IMG/VR virus record: IMGVR_UViG_3300043418_000226
DNA: 64,000 bases
Strand: one strand, 5' to 3'
DNA from: a virus
Lineage: Duplodnaviria; Heunggongvirae; Uroviricota; Caudoviricetes
Shown: positions 38,951-49,107 of the stretch, piece after piece
Position numbering within the stretch: position 1 is the first letter of the stretch
Layout of the letters: every line of letters begins with the position of its first letter
The notes under the pieces: model-generated
Seen by the model: the letters and a program-made list of their open reading frames with translations, nothing else
Database searches by the model: none
What the model was told of the DNA's origin: nothing
Made by a program: the position numbers and the translations under genes

Positions 38951-40158
38951 TAGAACAAGAATTTGATGATAAAGCATTTTGTATATTACCATTTATACAT
39001 CTTGCCACACACCCCATAGGAACAGTAACACCTTGTTGTGTAACCGATATGGAAAATGATATGAGTACATCAAAAAAGAATGGACTTAATATGTTCTTAA
39101 ATAAAGATTCATTATCAGATATTACTAATTCGGATGGTTTTAAAACTGTCAGAAAAAAAATGTTAAACGGAGAATTTCCATTAGAATGTAAAACTTGTTA
39201 TTTCTGTGAAAAGAATAACATATACAGTAAAAGAATGGAAAGTAATTTAAAGTTTAAACATTTGATTGATGGTGCAATTAAAAATACTAACAAAGATGGT
39301 GAACTTAAAAAATTAAATTACAAATATATTGAATTAAGGTTAGGTACCGTATGTAATTTGAAATGTATAACTTGTAATCCATTTAGTAGTAATAGGTGGA
39401 ATGAGGATGTTAGCGCATTTAAAGAAACTGAGTTCGAAAAAAGTTATTTTAAATGTGATATTAGGACTGAATGGTTTAGAGACATCAAATTTTACGACGA
39501 GTTATTGACTCAATGTGATGAATTGGAAGAAGTTTGGATTAACGGTGGTGAACCTACATTAATTAAAGAGCATGGGTACTTTTTAGAAAAACTAATTGAA
39601 AGTGGTAAATCCAAAGATATTAATCTACATTATAGTCTTAATATGACTGACGTTCCAGATAAATTTATTGAAATATGGAAGAAGTTTAAACACGTAAGAA
39701 TTCATTTATCTATCGATGATTTAAATGAAAGGAATGACTATATTCGGTACGGATCAAAGTGGAATAACATAATGGATAATTTTAATAAAATAATTGAATA
39801 TAAGGATGTCTTTAGAATCGAGGTTTGCCAAACGGTGAGTGCATATAATGTCTTCAATATTGACAACTTTAAAAAGATGTGTTTAGATTATGACGTAATT
39901 GTTGCACATAACTACGTTAACCACCCTGGATTCCAACACGTATCCGTTATACCTTCTGAAATGAAAAATGAGATATTGAATAACATAAAATATCTTAGAG
40001 ATGATGAGAAAAATCGACTTATAACAGAGTTAACGAAACAAAGTAATCCCGAAGATTTGGATAAATTTATAAAGTTTACCTATATATTAGATAATAAGAG
40101 AGGTGTAAAAATAACAGATATTTTACACGAATGGAAAAAATACATTAACTATGAGTAA
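38947..40158 (+). CDS. N-terminal twitch-domain radical SAM protein 5
   Basis: FCILPF..PCC..ECKTC; CNLKCITC; NGGEP; DNKRG. Confidence 0.9.
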   Translation: MIEQEFDDKAFCILPFIHLATHPIGTVTPCCVTDMENDMSTSKKNGLNMFLNKDSLSDITNSDGFKTVRKKMLNGEFPLECKTCYFCEKNNIYSKRMESNLKFKHLIDGAIKNTNKDGELKKLNYKYIELRLGTVCNLKCITCNPFSSNRWNEDVSAFKETEFEKSYFKCDIRTEWFRDIKFYDELLTQCDELEEVWINGGEPTLIKEHGYFLEKLIESGKSKDINLHYSLNMTDVPDKFIEIWKKFKHVRIHLSIDDLNERNDYIRYGSKWNNIMDNFNKIIEYKDVFRIEVCQTVSAYNVFNIDNFKKMCLDYDVIVAHNYVNHPGFQHVSVIPSEMKNEILNNIKYLRDDEKNRLITELTKQSNPEDLDKFIKFTYILDNKRGVKITDILHEWKKYINYE

Positions 40159-40921
40159 GTTATGGGTATTCGGTGATTCATGTTCATCGAGTTTAACGGA
40201 ATTAAGACATAATCATATGATTGAGGATTTTGTCCAAAAATTCAATGATGGGAAAGATTATGACATTTGGTACGAAATAGTTGGCAAAGAATTGGGAATA
40301 GATGTTGAGACATTTGGAAAATCTGGATCTTGTAACTATGCCATATTTGAAAGAATATGCCAAAATTTTGATATAATTAATGAGAATGATATCGTGATAA
40401 TCAATTGGACAGTTGTGGAAAGATTTAGAGTGGCTATGGGTAATAGAATTACCGATTATGTTACAATATTGGCAACATACATGACTGAAGAACACGGGAA
40501 GTGGATCTATGATTCAACAAAAAAAATGTTAGATAAGGCGGATGTTACAATAGAAAGTGCCATAGAAATAGGGTTCAATCGTTACAAATTTAACCCATTG
40601 TTCCAAAATGAAATTAACTCTTGGTCGTACTTAATTTATTCTTTTTTTAAAAGTAAAAATATAAAGGTTGTTTTTTGGGGGTTAACACTTACCCAACCAT
40701 ATTATTTTATGGAGGCTTATCAACCTATTATGGAAAAAAAAGGTCTTATTCATCATGAAACAAACGGTGAGATTAAAGATTGGCACTTCGGTGTTAGTGG
40801 GAATAAACTATTTGCGGATTATGTAATTGAGAAAATAAAATCTGAAAATTTTGATTTATTAAAAGACCATTTTTTTATTACATCACCACATCCACATCCA
40901 ATAAAAAAAAGAAATATATAA
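40151..40921 (+). CDS. SGNH/GDSL-like hydrolase or acyltransferase
   Basis: LWVFGDS, GSCN, DWHFGVSGN. Confidence 0.7.
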   Translation: MSKLWVFGDSCSSSLTELRHNHMIEDFVQKFNDGKDYDIWYEIVGKELGIDVETFGKSGSCNYAIFERICQNFDIINENDIVIINWTVVERFRVAMGNRITDYVTILATYMTEEHGKWIYDSTKKMLDKADVTIESAIEIGFNRYKFNPLFQNEINSWSYLIYSFFKSKNIKVVFWGLTLTQPYYFMEAYQPIMEKKGLIHHETNGEIKDWHFGVSGNKLFADYVIEKIKSENFDLLKDHFFITSPHPHPIKKRNI

Positions 40922-40924
40922 TAA

Positions 40925-42079
40925 ATGAGTAAAATTTTTTGTTCTGCACCATTCGTACATCTCCATATAGATAAAAATGGGGATGTATTACCATGCTGTG
41001 GCGCTCAGGATAGAATTAATACATTGTTTGGAAATATTAATAATGAATCAATTGAAGAAATATATGATGGTGAGGTTATTAAAAAATTTAGAAGTAATTT
41101 ACTAAATGACATTCCGTCCTTGGCTTGTGAAGGTTGTTATCAAATAGAAAAAAATGGAGGAGAATCCTACCGTAAATGGTTTAACAAAACATATCCGGTT
41201 AATACTAACGAAATCAACATAAAGTATATTGATATTCGATTCTCTAATTTTTGTAACTTTAAATGTAGAATGTGTGATGGTGAATCGTCTAGTTCGTTAA
41301 AAAGTGAAGAAATAAAGTTAAATAACGTAACTTATACGAGTCCAATAATTGAAATCGATAAAAATAAAGTCTTTGATTTTTTCATAACTAACATGGATAA
41401 TGTTGATAAGATATATTTTGCCGGTGGAGAACCATTAATCATGGACGACCACTATAAATTATTGGAATTGTTAATTCAAAACGATAAAACAAACGTCACA
41501 CTTTCATATAACACAAATCTATCGACATTACAATACAAAGGTAAAGGTGTTGTAGATATGTGGAACAAATTTAAGAATGTGGAAATCTATGCAAGTTTAG
41601 ATGGAATACATGAAATTGGGGAATACATACGGGACGGATTAAATTACAAAAAATTTGAAAATAATTTCTTTATAATAAGAAATAATTGTCCCGATGTGAG
41701 AGTGAGTATTAACATCTGTGTTAACATATTTAACATATTCCATTTATTTAAAATGTTACCATATGTCTATGAACAAAAAATATTAGACCCGAATAATTTT
41801 ACAATTAACATACTAACAACACCATACTATCAGAACATTACTGTTTTACCAAATGACCTAAAAAATAAATGGGCCGATGAATTCAAACTATTTAAGGACA
41901 TTTATTTAAGTGCCGATTACCGTAACATTATTCACCAATTAGAGATAATTATGAACCATCTCCAATTGAAAGATGAGTCAGAACATCTCAATCAATTTTA
42001 TGATGAGGTAAAAAAATACGACATAATAAGGAATCGAGACTTTTTTAAGTTGTACGATAATCTAATCCCAATAAAATAA
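40925..42079 (+). CDS. N-terminal twitch-domain radical SAM protein 6
   Basis: FCSAPF..PCC..ACEGC; CNFKCRMC; AGGEP; DIIRN. Confidence 0.9.
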   Translation: MSKIFCSAPFVHLHIDKNGDVLPCCGAQDRINTLFGNINNESIEEIYDGEVIKKFRSNLLNDIPSLACEGCYQIEKNGGESYRKWFNKTYPVNTNEINIKYIDIRFSNFCNFKCRMCDGESSSSLKSEEIKLNNVTYTSPIIEIDKNKVFDFFITNMDNVDKIYFAGGEPLIMDDHYKLLELLIQNDKTNVTLSYNTNLSTLQYKGKGVVDMWNKFKNVEIYASLDGIHEIGEYIRDGLNYKKFENNFFIIRNNCPDVRVSINICVNIFNIFHLFKMLPYVYEQKILDPNNFTINILTTPYYQNITVLPNDLKNKWADEFKLFKDIYLSADYRNIIHQLEIIMNHLQLKDESEHLNQFYDEVKKYDIIRNRDFFKLYDNLIPIK

Positions 42080-43056
42080 TGGATTTTATACAAACATATT
42101 ACCCATATGAAATCATTACGGATACTAAGGAGAAATTGAAAACCGTATTAAAGTTTTCCCTACTATCTTCCTATTTAGGTAAAGAACATTACCCAAAAAC
42201 AATATTATATACCAATAGTGGTATGGTTAATATCTTTAAAAAGTATATTCCATTTTATGACATTATTAACACTGAAGTTTTAGATAATAATCAACACAAT
42301 TTTAAACAAAATCCCGAATACTATGCAATACCGAAACTATACACTTACAGTAATAGTAACTTACCATTTATTCATGTGGATTTAGACACGTTTATTTTTG
42401 ATAAACCAAATAAAATACAAGATGAAAGTGACGATGCTCACAATGGTGTATTTGTTGGTCATTTTGATTTTTATTTCAGTAAGGAATTGCATTTAAATGA
42501 GTTGAAGGGGTATGAGGAATATTACAAACCCATTTTAGACAATGTTAAATCAAATAACATTTGGACATCTGACATATTAAATGAGATATCACTTAATAGA
42601 ACAATAAATGCAAATATTTTCGGTGGATATAATCATCAATTAATTTTACATACATATAAAAAAATTGTAAATAATTTTGAGGAAAATCAAGACTTCTATA
42701 AAACACAAAAATACGTAAGTTTATTTTTGGAGCAAATGATGTTTTATCCGGTATCTAAAATTATTAATAGTTGCAATGTTATTAACCAACTTTCACAGGA
42801 AGGAATTTACTTTAATCATAAAATTGAATCTGAAACAATCATATTACATAACCATAATAGAAAAATTGATAACGTTATTTTTAAAAGAAATGATAATGAA
42901 GGAATTAAAAATTATTTAATTAAAAATGAATTCGGAGGAGTTTTCCACTATGGAAATTATAAAGACACTGAACTTTATAAAGATGCAATTTTTGAATACA
43001 TTGAAAGACATGAAATATTAGGACAGTTATATAAAAAAATAGAAAATGAACTCTAA
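42079..43056 (+). CDS. DUF6734-like GT-A-fold protein
   Basis: YAIPKLYTY, PFIHVDLD, NANIFGG, FLEQ. Confidence 0.6.
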   Translation: MDFIQTYYPYEIITDTKEKLKTVLKFSLLSSYLGKEHYPKTILYTNSGMVNIFKKYIPFYDIINTEVLDNNQHNFKQNPEYYAIPKLYTYSNSNLPFIHVDLDTFIFDKPNKIQDESDDAHNGVFVGHFDFYFSKELHLNELKGYEEYYKPILDNVKSNNIWTSDILNEISLNRTINANIFGGYNHQLILHTYKKIVNNFEENQDFYKTQKYVSLFLEQMMFYPVSKIINSCNVINQLSQEGIYFNHKIESETIILHNHNRKIDNVIFKRNDNEGIKNYLIKNEFGGVFHYGNYKDTELYKDAIFEYIERHEILGQLYKKIENEL

Positions 43057-44245
43057 CATTAATAAAGACACATTTTGCGTATTGGCACATAGAGGTTTAC
43101 ACATAGATAATAAGATGAATGTAAAACCATGTTGTGTTTTTACTAATTTTGATGAACCGGTTATATATGGTCAAGACAAAACCATATTGGAATCCATTAA
43201 CACAAATCAATTTAAAGATTTAAGGGATAAATTAAATAAAGGAGAATACCATAAAGGATGTTCAAATTGTTTTAATGGTAGAACAAACTACAGGACCGAC
43301 ATTAACCAATTATTTGAAACTCAAAGTGATATATTGGATGAATACACTAAATTTTTAAACTTGGAAACTAGTGAGGTTAATTATATTGATATGAGAATTT
43401 CAAATAAATGTAATTTTAAGTGTATTATGTGTTGTGATATGTATTCTTCGGCATGGGAGGTTGACCTTAAGAAAATTTATTCGGGATATTCATCAGTAAG
43501 TAACGTCGAATTAAGTAAAAATTGGCAAAATCATTTTAAAGAAATTACAAAAAAAATAAAATTTATTTATTTTTCAGGTGGAGAACCATTTATTATGGAT
43601 GAAACGTTTGAATTAATAGATTTACTCGGTGAGGATTCAAAAGAAACGTCAATTTTTGTTAATACGAATTTATCAACATTAACATATAAAGATAGATTTG
43701 TATTAGATTATTTTAAGAACTTTAAAAGAGTGATTTTTCACATATCATGTGATGGATTTGGAGATATCGGGGAATATATTCGTTTTGGATTTAAAACCGA
43801 TAAAATTAAGAACAATATTACTAAATTGATAAAATTTATAGGTGAACATAAACATATTGATTATGATATTACTTATTCAATTTCGATTATAAACGTGGAT
43901 AATTTATTTGAATTTTTGGATACATTAAAAACTGAATTAAAAATAGACGATTCAAAAGTTAATTTTCAAATGGTGGGGTCACCGTATAATTTAAGTGTGG
44001 CATCTCTAAATTTGACAGAAAAAAATCGAATAACTGAGGAAATATCAAATAAGATGTTAAATTATAGTAATGAAACCATCGGTAGACTAAAAAGATTTCT
44101 CCAAACGGTCAATACCACAACGAGTGTCGATTTTTTCGATGATAACTTGGACCCACATCTCATTAAGAAGGTAGATAACCTAAGAGGTAACGACATTGGT
44201 AAGTTTGTATCAATTGACAATTTAAAACATTTAAGGATAAATTAA
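43046..44245 (+). CDS. N-terminal twitch-domain radical SAM protein 7
   Basis: FCVLAH..PCC..GCSNC; CNFKCIMC; SGGEP; DNLRG. Confidence 0.9.
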   Translation: MNSNINKDTFCVLAHRGLHIDNKMNVKPCCVFTNFDEPVIYGQDKTILESINTNQFKDLRDKLNKGEYHKGCSNCFNGRTNYRTDINQLFETQSDILDEYTKFLNLETSEVNYIDMRISNKCNFKCIMCCDMYSSAWEVDLKKIYSGYSSVSNVELSKNWQNHFKEITKKIKFIYFSGGEPFIMDETFELIDLLGEDSKETSIFVNTNLSTLTYKDRFVLDYFKNFKRVIFHISCDGFGDIGEYIRFGFKTDKIKNNITKLIKFIGEHKHIDYDITYSISIINVDNLFEFLDTLKTELKIDDSKVNFQMVGSPYNLSVASLNLTEKNRITEEISNKMLNYSNETIGRLKRFLQTVNTTTSVDFFDDNLDPHLIKKVDNLRGNDIGKFVSIDNLKHLRIN

Positions 44246-44279
44246 GATAAAACAATATTTATATAAAAACAAAAAAAAC

Positions 44280-44486
44280 ATGATATATCAAATCAACGGT
44301 CTAAAACACACTGAAGCAGGTGTTGACGAATTGGAATTATTAAGTAACACTTTCGTAACTAAAGAAGAAGCTTTCCAATACGTGAAGGATAATTTAAAGT
44401 TAACCACATTAAGTGACGACAAAGATGTTATCGTATTGGATAATGGTATAGAAGAATATCATTATTTTGAAATAATTACAATCTAA
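44280..44486 (+). CDS. small acidic hypothetical protein
   Basis: 68-aa ORF with its own TATTTATA motif and A-rich leader. Confidence 0.65.
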   Translation: MIYQINGLKHTEAGVDELELLSNTFVTKEEAFQYVKDNLKLTTLSDDKDVIVLDNGIEEYHYFEIITI

Positions 44487-44539
44487 TAGTAATTTTACAT
44501 TTTTTATTCGTATATTTAGTATATAGGTATATGTTATAA

Positions 44540-46216
44540 ATGCGTAAAAAAAATTACATTATTGGGATATCGGCGTACTATCACGACTCATCGGCATGTT
44601 TATTCATCGACGGTGAGTTGGTGTTCGCTTGTGAAGAGGAAAAATTTACAGGTATCAAACATGATAAATCCTTCCCATCTAAAACAATTGATTATATCTT
44701 TAAAAGATATAAAATATCTAAAAAAGATATTGAAACAGTTTGTTACTACGAAGATCCACAATTAAAATTGAAACGGGTTTTAAAAAACATTAAACCACAA
44801 TTATTTAAGAGCCCAATTTATTCTATTAAATCGTATTTTAATATTAAGAATAACATTAAAGATTTAAATAAAAAACTGTCTTTAGTTTCAAACAATACAC
44901 ACTATTCTACACACCACGAATCGCACATTTATTATTCATTTTATAGTTCTAAATTTGAGAATGCGGTGTGCTTATCAGTTGATGGTGTTGGGGAACTTGA
45001 AACACTTTCGATTGGTATTGCCGACTCTACCGGTATTAACTACGTACCACATACTAACTATCCACACTCGTTAGGTCTTTTTTATTCGGCAATGACATCA
45101 TTCTTAGGATTTAAACCTAATGAAGGTGAATATAAAATGATGGGACTTGCATCATACGGAGACCCAAACAAATACATTGAAAAGGTTAGAAAATTAATCA
45201 TATATAAAAACTCAAAATTAGAGTGTAATTTAGATTACTTTACATGGAATACGTCTAATAAAATCATGTTCAACGATAATTTAATCGATTTATTGAATAT
45301 GTTACCGAGACTATCCGAAGAAATTATTGAACAATGTCATATGGATTTGGCAGCTGCAGTACAAAAAAAATATGAGGAGATTTTGTTTGACATATTAAAT
45401 TCTTTACAAATTATAACGGATAAAACAAATTTATGTTTAAGTGGCGGTTGTGCTTATAATGGAACCGCCAACGGTAAAATAATTGAAAATACCCAATTTA
45501 AACATATATGGGTTCCACCGGCACCATCAGACGCAGGTTCCGCGATAGGCAGTTGTGTTCATTACATGGTTAAAAATAAAAATTTTAAAGGTAAAATTAA
45601 TAGAAACCCATACATTGGACCCCAATATGGTTATAACGATATTCAATCGGCAATAAAAAATACTCGACATATTAAATTTAAATCGGAAGACACGATAAAA
45701 AGATATATTGCCAAAAAAATAAATGAAGGTAAAGTAGTCGGGTGGTTTCAAGGACACTGTGAGTTTGGTTCAAGAGCTTTGGGTAATCGTTCAATATTGG
45801 CAAATCCTACTCTTGACGGAATGAAAGATAAAATAAACCAAGTAATTAAAAAAAGAGAAGGGTTTAGACCGTTTGCTCCGATGGTCATAAAGGAAAAACA
45901 AAACAATTATTTTGAAATGGTAGATGACATTCCTTATATGAATCAAGTGGTTAAAGTTAAAGAAGAATATATAGACATATTAAAAGCGGTGACCCATGTG
46001 GATGGAAGTGCCAGAGTCCAAACAGTCTATAAAAATACTGAAATGGGTAGATTATTGCTTGAATTTGAAAAAATTAGCGGTTACCCCATCCTACTTAACA
46101 CATCATTTAATATAAAAGATAAAACAATGGTACTAACACCAAAAAACGCCGTTGAAACTTTTTTCGATACTGAAATTGATATATTAGTGATTGAAAATTA
46201 CATAATATTTAAATAA
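44540..46216 (+). CDS. carbamoyltransferase (NodU/CmcH family)
   Basis: YHDSSAC, HHESH, DGVGE, EYKMMGLASYG, SGGCAYN, GSRALGNRS, FRPFAP, HVDGSAR, LNTSFN. Confidence 0.95.
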   Translation: MRKKNYIIGISAYYHDSSACLFIDGELVFACEEEKFTGIKHDKSFPSKTIDYIFKRYKISKKDIETVCYYEDPQLKLKRVLKNIKPQLFKSPIYSIKSYFNIKNNIKDLNKKLSLVSNNTHYSTHHESHIYYSFYSSKFENAVCLSVDGVGELETLSIGIADSTGINYVPHTNYPHSLGLFYSAMTSFLGFKPNEGEYKMMGLASYGDPNKYIEKVRKLIIYKNSKLECNLDYFTWNTSNKIMFNDNLIDLLNMLPRLSEEIIEQCHMDLAAAVQKKYEEILFDILNSLQIITDKTNLCLSGGCAYNGTANGKIIENTQFKHIWVPPAPSDAGSAIGSCVHYMVKNKNFKGKINRNPYIGPQYGYNDIQSAIKNTRHIKFKSEDTIKRYIAKKINEGKVVGWFQGHCEFGSRALGNRSILANPTLDGMKDKINQVIKKREGFRPFAPMVIKEKQNNYFEMVDDIPYMNQVVKVKEEYIDILKAVTHVDGSARVQTVYKNTEMGRLLLEFEKISGYPILLNTSFNIKDKTMVLTPKNAVETFFDTEIDILVIENYIIFK

Positions 46217-46224
46217 AACTTAAT

Positions 46225-46341
46225 ATGAAAAAATTAATAAATTGGATTTTTAGTAAGATATCCGATTATAAACGCAAAAAACGTATGAAAAGAAAAATTA
46301 TTGAACTTAAAAAAAGAGACCCATTCACCTACAATCATTAA
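46225..46341 (+). CDS. 38-aa basic peptide ending DPFTYNH; not in ORF track
   Basis: Manual translation MKKLINWIFSKISDYKRKKRMKRKIIELKKRDPFTYNH, directly after the carbamoyltransferase. Confidence 0.6.
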   Translation: MKKLINWIFSKISDYKRKKRMKRKIIELKKRDPFTYNH

Positions 46342-46342
46342 T

Positions 46343-46371
46343 TTGACTTTTTAAATAATTTTTAGTATATT
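46343..46371 (+). promoter_or_regulatory. promoter TTGACT-N17-TATATT, probably giving a leaderless cysC mRNA
   Basis: The ATG at 46378 is 6 nt after the -10 box. Confidence 0.65.
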
Positions 46372-46377
46372 ATTACT

Positions 46378-46821
46378 ATGATTATATGGTTAACTGGTCA
46401 ACCCGGTTCGGGAAAAACTACATTGGCAAAATGGTTAGAATCTTCATATCCAAATAAAGGGGTTATTGTCGATGGAGATGATATTAGAGAAATTTTTAAT
46501 AACAAAGATTACTCAGAAGTTGGTAGACGTGAAAATATTGATTTAGCACAAAAAATATCAAAATTTATTCATAATAAGGGTAATGTGGCAATTGTCTCGT
46601 TAGTTTCACCGTATAAAAACCAAAGAGACGAATTTAAATTAGAAATGGGTAAAGACTTAATTGAAGTTTACGTCCATACAACCGATATTAGAGGTAGGGA
46701 AAACTTCCATGTCAAAAATTATCAACCTCCCACCGAATTCTTCATTGATATTGACACCACCAATAGACCTGAATTTGAAACGGTTCAAGAACTTAAATTA
46801 AAATTAAAATTATATGAGTAA
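46378..46821 (+). CDS. cysC: adenylyl-sulfate (APS) kinase
   Basis: IIWLTGQPGSGKTT, VDGDDIR, VSLVSPY, EVYV, YQPP. Confidence 0.85.
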   Translation: MIIWLTGQPGSGKTTLAKWLESSYPNKGVIVDGDDIREIFNNKDYSEVGRRENIDLAQKISKFIHNKGNVAIVSLVSPYKNQRDEFKLEMGKDLIEVYVHTTDIRGRENFHVKNYQPPTEFFIDIDTTNRPEFETVQELKLKLKLYE

Positions 46822-47194
46822 AAAATATGCAATGTACGTGGGTAGGTGGCAAAATTTTCACGCTGGTCATGAATGGTTAATTAATCAACAATTAGAAAAT
46901 GGAAAAAATGTTTGGGTTGCAATTAGAGACGTTGACGTGGATGAAAATAATCCCAAAACCGCACATCAAGTTATGATTGATTTAATGAACGAACCATTTT
47001 TTACTCGAAATTGGGATAGGGTACTCGTCTCAATTATTCCCGATATTGAAAGTATTAATTATGGTAGAGGCGTGGGGTATGATGTAATTTATCATGAACC
47101 ACCAATGGATATTGCATCAATAAGTGGTACGGCGATAAGAACGGGACACATGACAGCGGACGGTAAAATTACCTACGACGAAAATAAAGGATAA
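46814..47194 (+). CDS. HxGH nucleotidyltransferase (cytidylyltransferase-like)
   Basis: GRWQNFHAGH, YGRGVGY, ISGTAIR. Confidence 0.8.
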   Translation: MSKKYAMYVGRWQNFHAGHEWLINQQLENGKNVWVAIRDVDVDENNPKTAHQVMIDLMNEPFFTRNWDRVLVSIIPDIESINYGRGVGYDVIYHEPPMDIASISGTAIRTGHMTADGKITYDENKG

Positions 47195-47418
47195 TGATGG
47201 TACAAAAAAAACGACACATTGCTAAAACAATTTCATATCGAATAGTTAGTACTATGATTGGATTTTTATTAATGTGGTGGATAAGTGGTTCAGTAAAAGT
47301 CGGTACCGCGTTCGGTGTTGCTGAGTTAGTTTACAAACCAATACAGTATTACATACATGAAAGAATTTGGTATAAGTGGATTAAGTTTGGATTAAATAAA
47401 AATGATAAAGGTAACTAA
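47194..47418 (+). CDS. DUF2061-like small membrane protein
   Basis: KTISYRIVST...YYIHERIW. Confidence 0.75.
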   Translation: MMVQKKRHIAKTISYRIVSTMIGFLLMWWISGSVKVGTAFGVAELVYKPIQYYIHERIWYKWIKFGLNKNDKGN

Positions 47419-47863
47419 CAAATTTTTAACGGATAATCAAACACAAAGTCTCATATCATTGTGGGATAATAATTTATGTTTCGAAGTTAAGGATGAAATA
47501 TATAGATTTAAAGGTATCGATTTATTACCCATATTACATCAGTTAGATTTACCAAATTTTTTAAAAATGAGGCAAATTTATAATGCATTTAGATTACAAT
47601 TAGTTGACGAAACTATAGAACAGGTTGATTATTTTCACTCACATACTGACCCATATTCTTTTGTTATATTTTTAAATCATAATTTTACTGGTGGAGAATT
47701 AACATTCGATAACGGGACGAAAATACAACCAACCGCCGGTAATATGATATATTTTAGCGGAAATGAAAAACATCGTGTAGAAAAAACAAAGGGTAAAAGA
47801 TTCACATTAATCTCATTTCTTAATCAGGATTTATACTCTGAAGTTAAAAAAACAATAATATGA
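47402..47863 (+). CDS. 2OG-Fe(II) oxygenase
   Basis: HTD, FLNHNFTGGEL, KHRV, RFTL. Confidence 0.8.
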   Translation: MIKVTNKFLTDNQTQSLISLWDNNLCFEVKDEIYRFKGIDLLPILHQLDLPNFLKMRQIYNAFRLQLVDETIEQVDYFHSHTDPYSFVIFLNHNFTGGELTFDNGTKIQPTAGNMIYFSGNEKHRVEKTKGKRFTLISFLNQDLYSEVKKTII

Positions 47864-48336
47864 TTGTAATATTTGAAAACTTTTTAAAAGATGGTGAAAC
47901 TAATCAACTTGTTTCATTATGGAATGAAACTGAAAGAAACTATTCAAATGTAGGTGCACATTTTTATTTTAATAACCTTATTCCAATAAAAGATAATATT
48001 GAAATAAAAGATTATTTTTTTAAAGACCACATTTTTGAAGCGTTAAGATTACAAAAATATGACGATACAATAATTCAAAATATTAGTTACCACCGCCACT
48101 ATAATCCATATAATTTAGTAATTTATTTGAATGACAATTTTCATGGGGGAACTTTGGAATTCACAAATGGAGTAACCGTAACACCAAAAAAGGGAATGTT
48201 AGTTTACTTTAATGAAAATGAAATGCATAGAGTTAACGACCACCAAGGAGTTAGATGGTCGTTAGTTGCATCATCTAAAAAAGATTTTCTAAATAAAATA
48301 ATCTCATCTCAACCATCTGTATATAAATATATATGA
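47860..48336 (+). CDS. 2OG-Fe(II) oxygenase paralog
   Basis: YHRH, YLNDNFHGGTL, MHRV, RWSL. Confidence 0.75.
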   Translation: MIVIFENFLKDGETNQLVSLWNETERNYSNVGAHFYFNNLIPIKDNIEIKDYFFKDHIFEALRLQKYDDTIIQNISYHRHYNPYNLVIYLNDNFHGGTLEFTNGVTVTPKKGMLVYFNENEMHRVNDHQGVRWSLVASSKKDFLNKIISSQPSVYKYI

Positions 48337-49064
48337 AATTAATATGGACGTTAAATTTTAATATCGAATCTAACGATGTTATTAGGGAAAATCGAAAAAT
48401 ATTGATTAATTTTTATGTTAAATCTATAACAACTGCCAAACAATTGGGGTACGTTACAATAATATACACAAACGAATCAAATAGACATGTATTCGATTCT
48501 TTAGTCGATGAATTTATACCGTTGGAATCTTATTGTGACTCAATACTATTTGATAGTTTTAAAATAAAGGTATTGGAAGAGAGAACTGATGATTTTTACC
48601 TAATTGATGGTGATTTAATTTTAAATTCTGTCTTACCTGTATTTGACGTGGACGTTACTTTTGATTCATATGAAATTAGTCATTGGAAAATGGCATATGG
48701 GGATTCAATTAATGAATTAATGGGGTTAGGTATAAATGAAATTTTTCCCGATTTCAGTTCAAAAACAATTAAAATACTTGGTTGCGGATTATTACGCATA
48801 CCTAACCTAAAAAATAGGTTAGATTATGTTGATAATTGGAAAAAATTCAGTATCTTTATTAATAACAATATTACACAAATAAAAAACAATCCGACCGCAG
48901 TTGGTGCTCAATATTTATTAACGATGTTAATTAAGAATAACGGGTTAAGTGTTAAACCATTATCTGAGGTTTTAGGTCAACAAAACGAGTTTTATAAACA
49001 TTATATTGGACAATCTAAATATAACATCAACGACTCGAACGGTCACTCTAAAAAATTATTTTGA
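48333..49064 (+). CDS. GT-A-fold / DUF6734-like protein
   Basis: FKIKVL, YLIDGD, GCGLL, AQYLL, YKHYIG. Confidence 0.55.
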   Translation: MKLIWTLNFNIESNDVIRENRKILINFYVKSITTAKQLGYVTIIYTNESNRHVFDSLVDEFIPLESYCDSILFDSFKIKVLEERTDDFYLIDGDLILNSVLPVFDVDVTFDSYEISHWKMAYGDSINELMGLGINEIFPDFSSKTIKILGCGLLRIPNLKNRLDYVDNWKKFSIFINNNITQIKNNPTAVGAQYLLTMLIKNNGLSVKPLSEVLGQQNEFYKHYIGQSKYNINDSNGHSKKLF

Positions 49065-49107
49065 TATTTATCATAAGACATTAAAAGACAACAATTAAAA
49101 AAAACAT

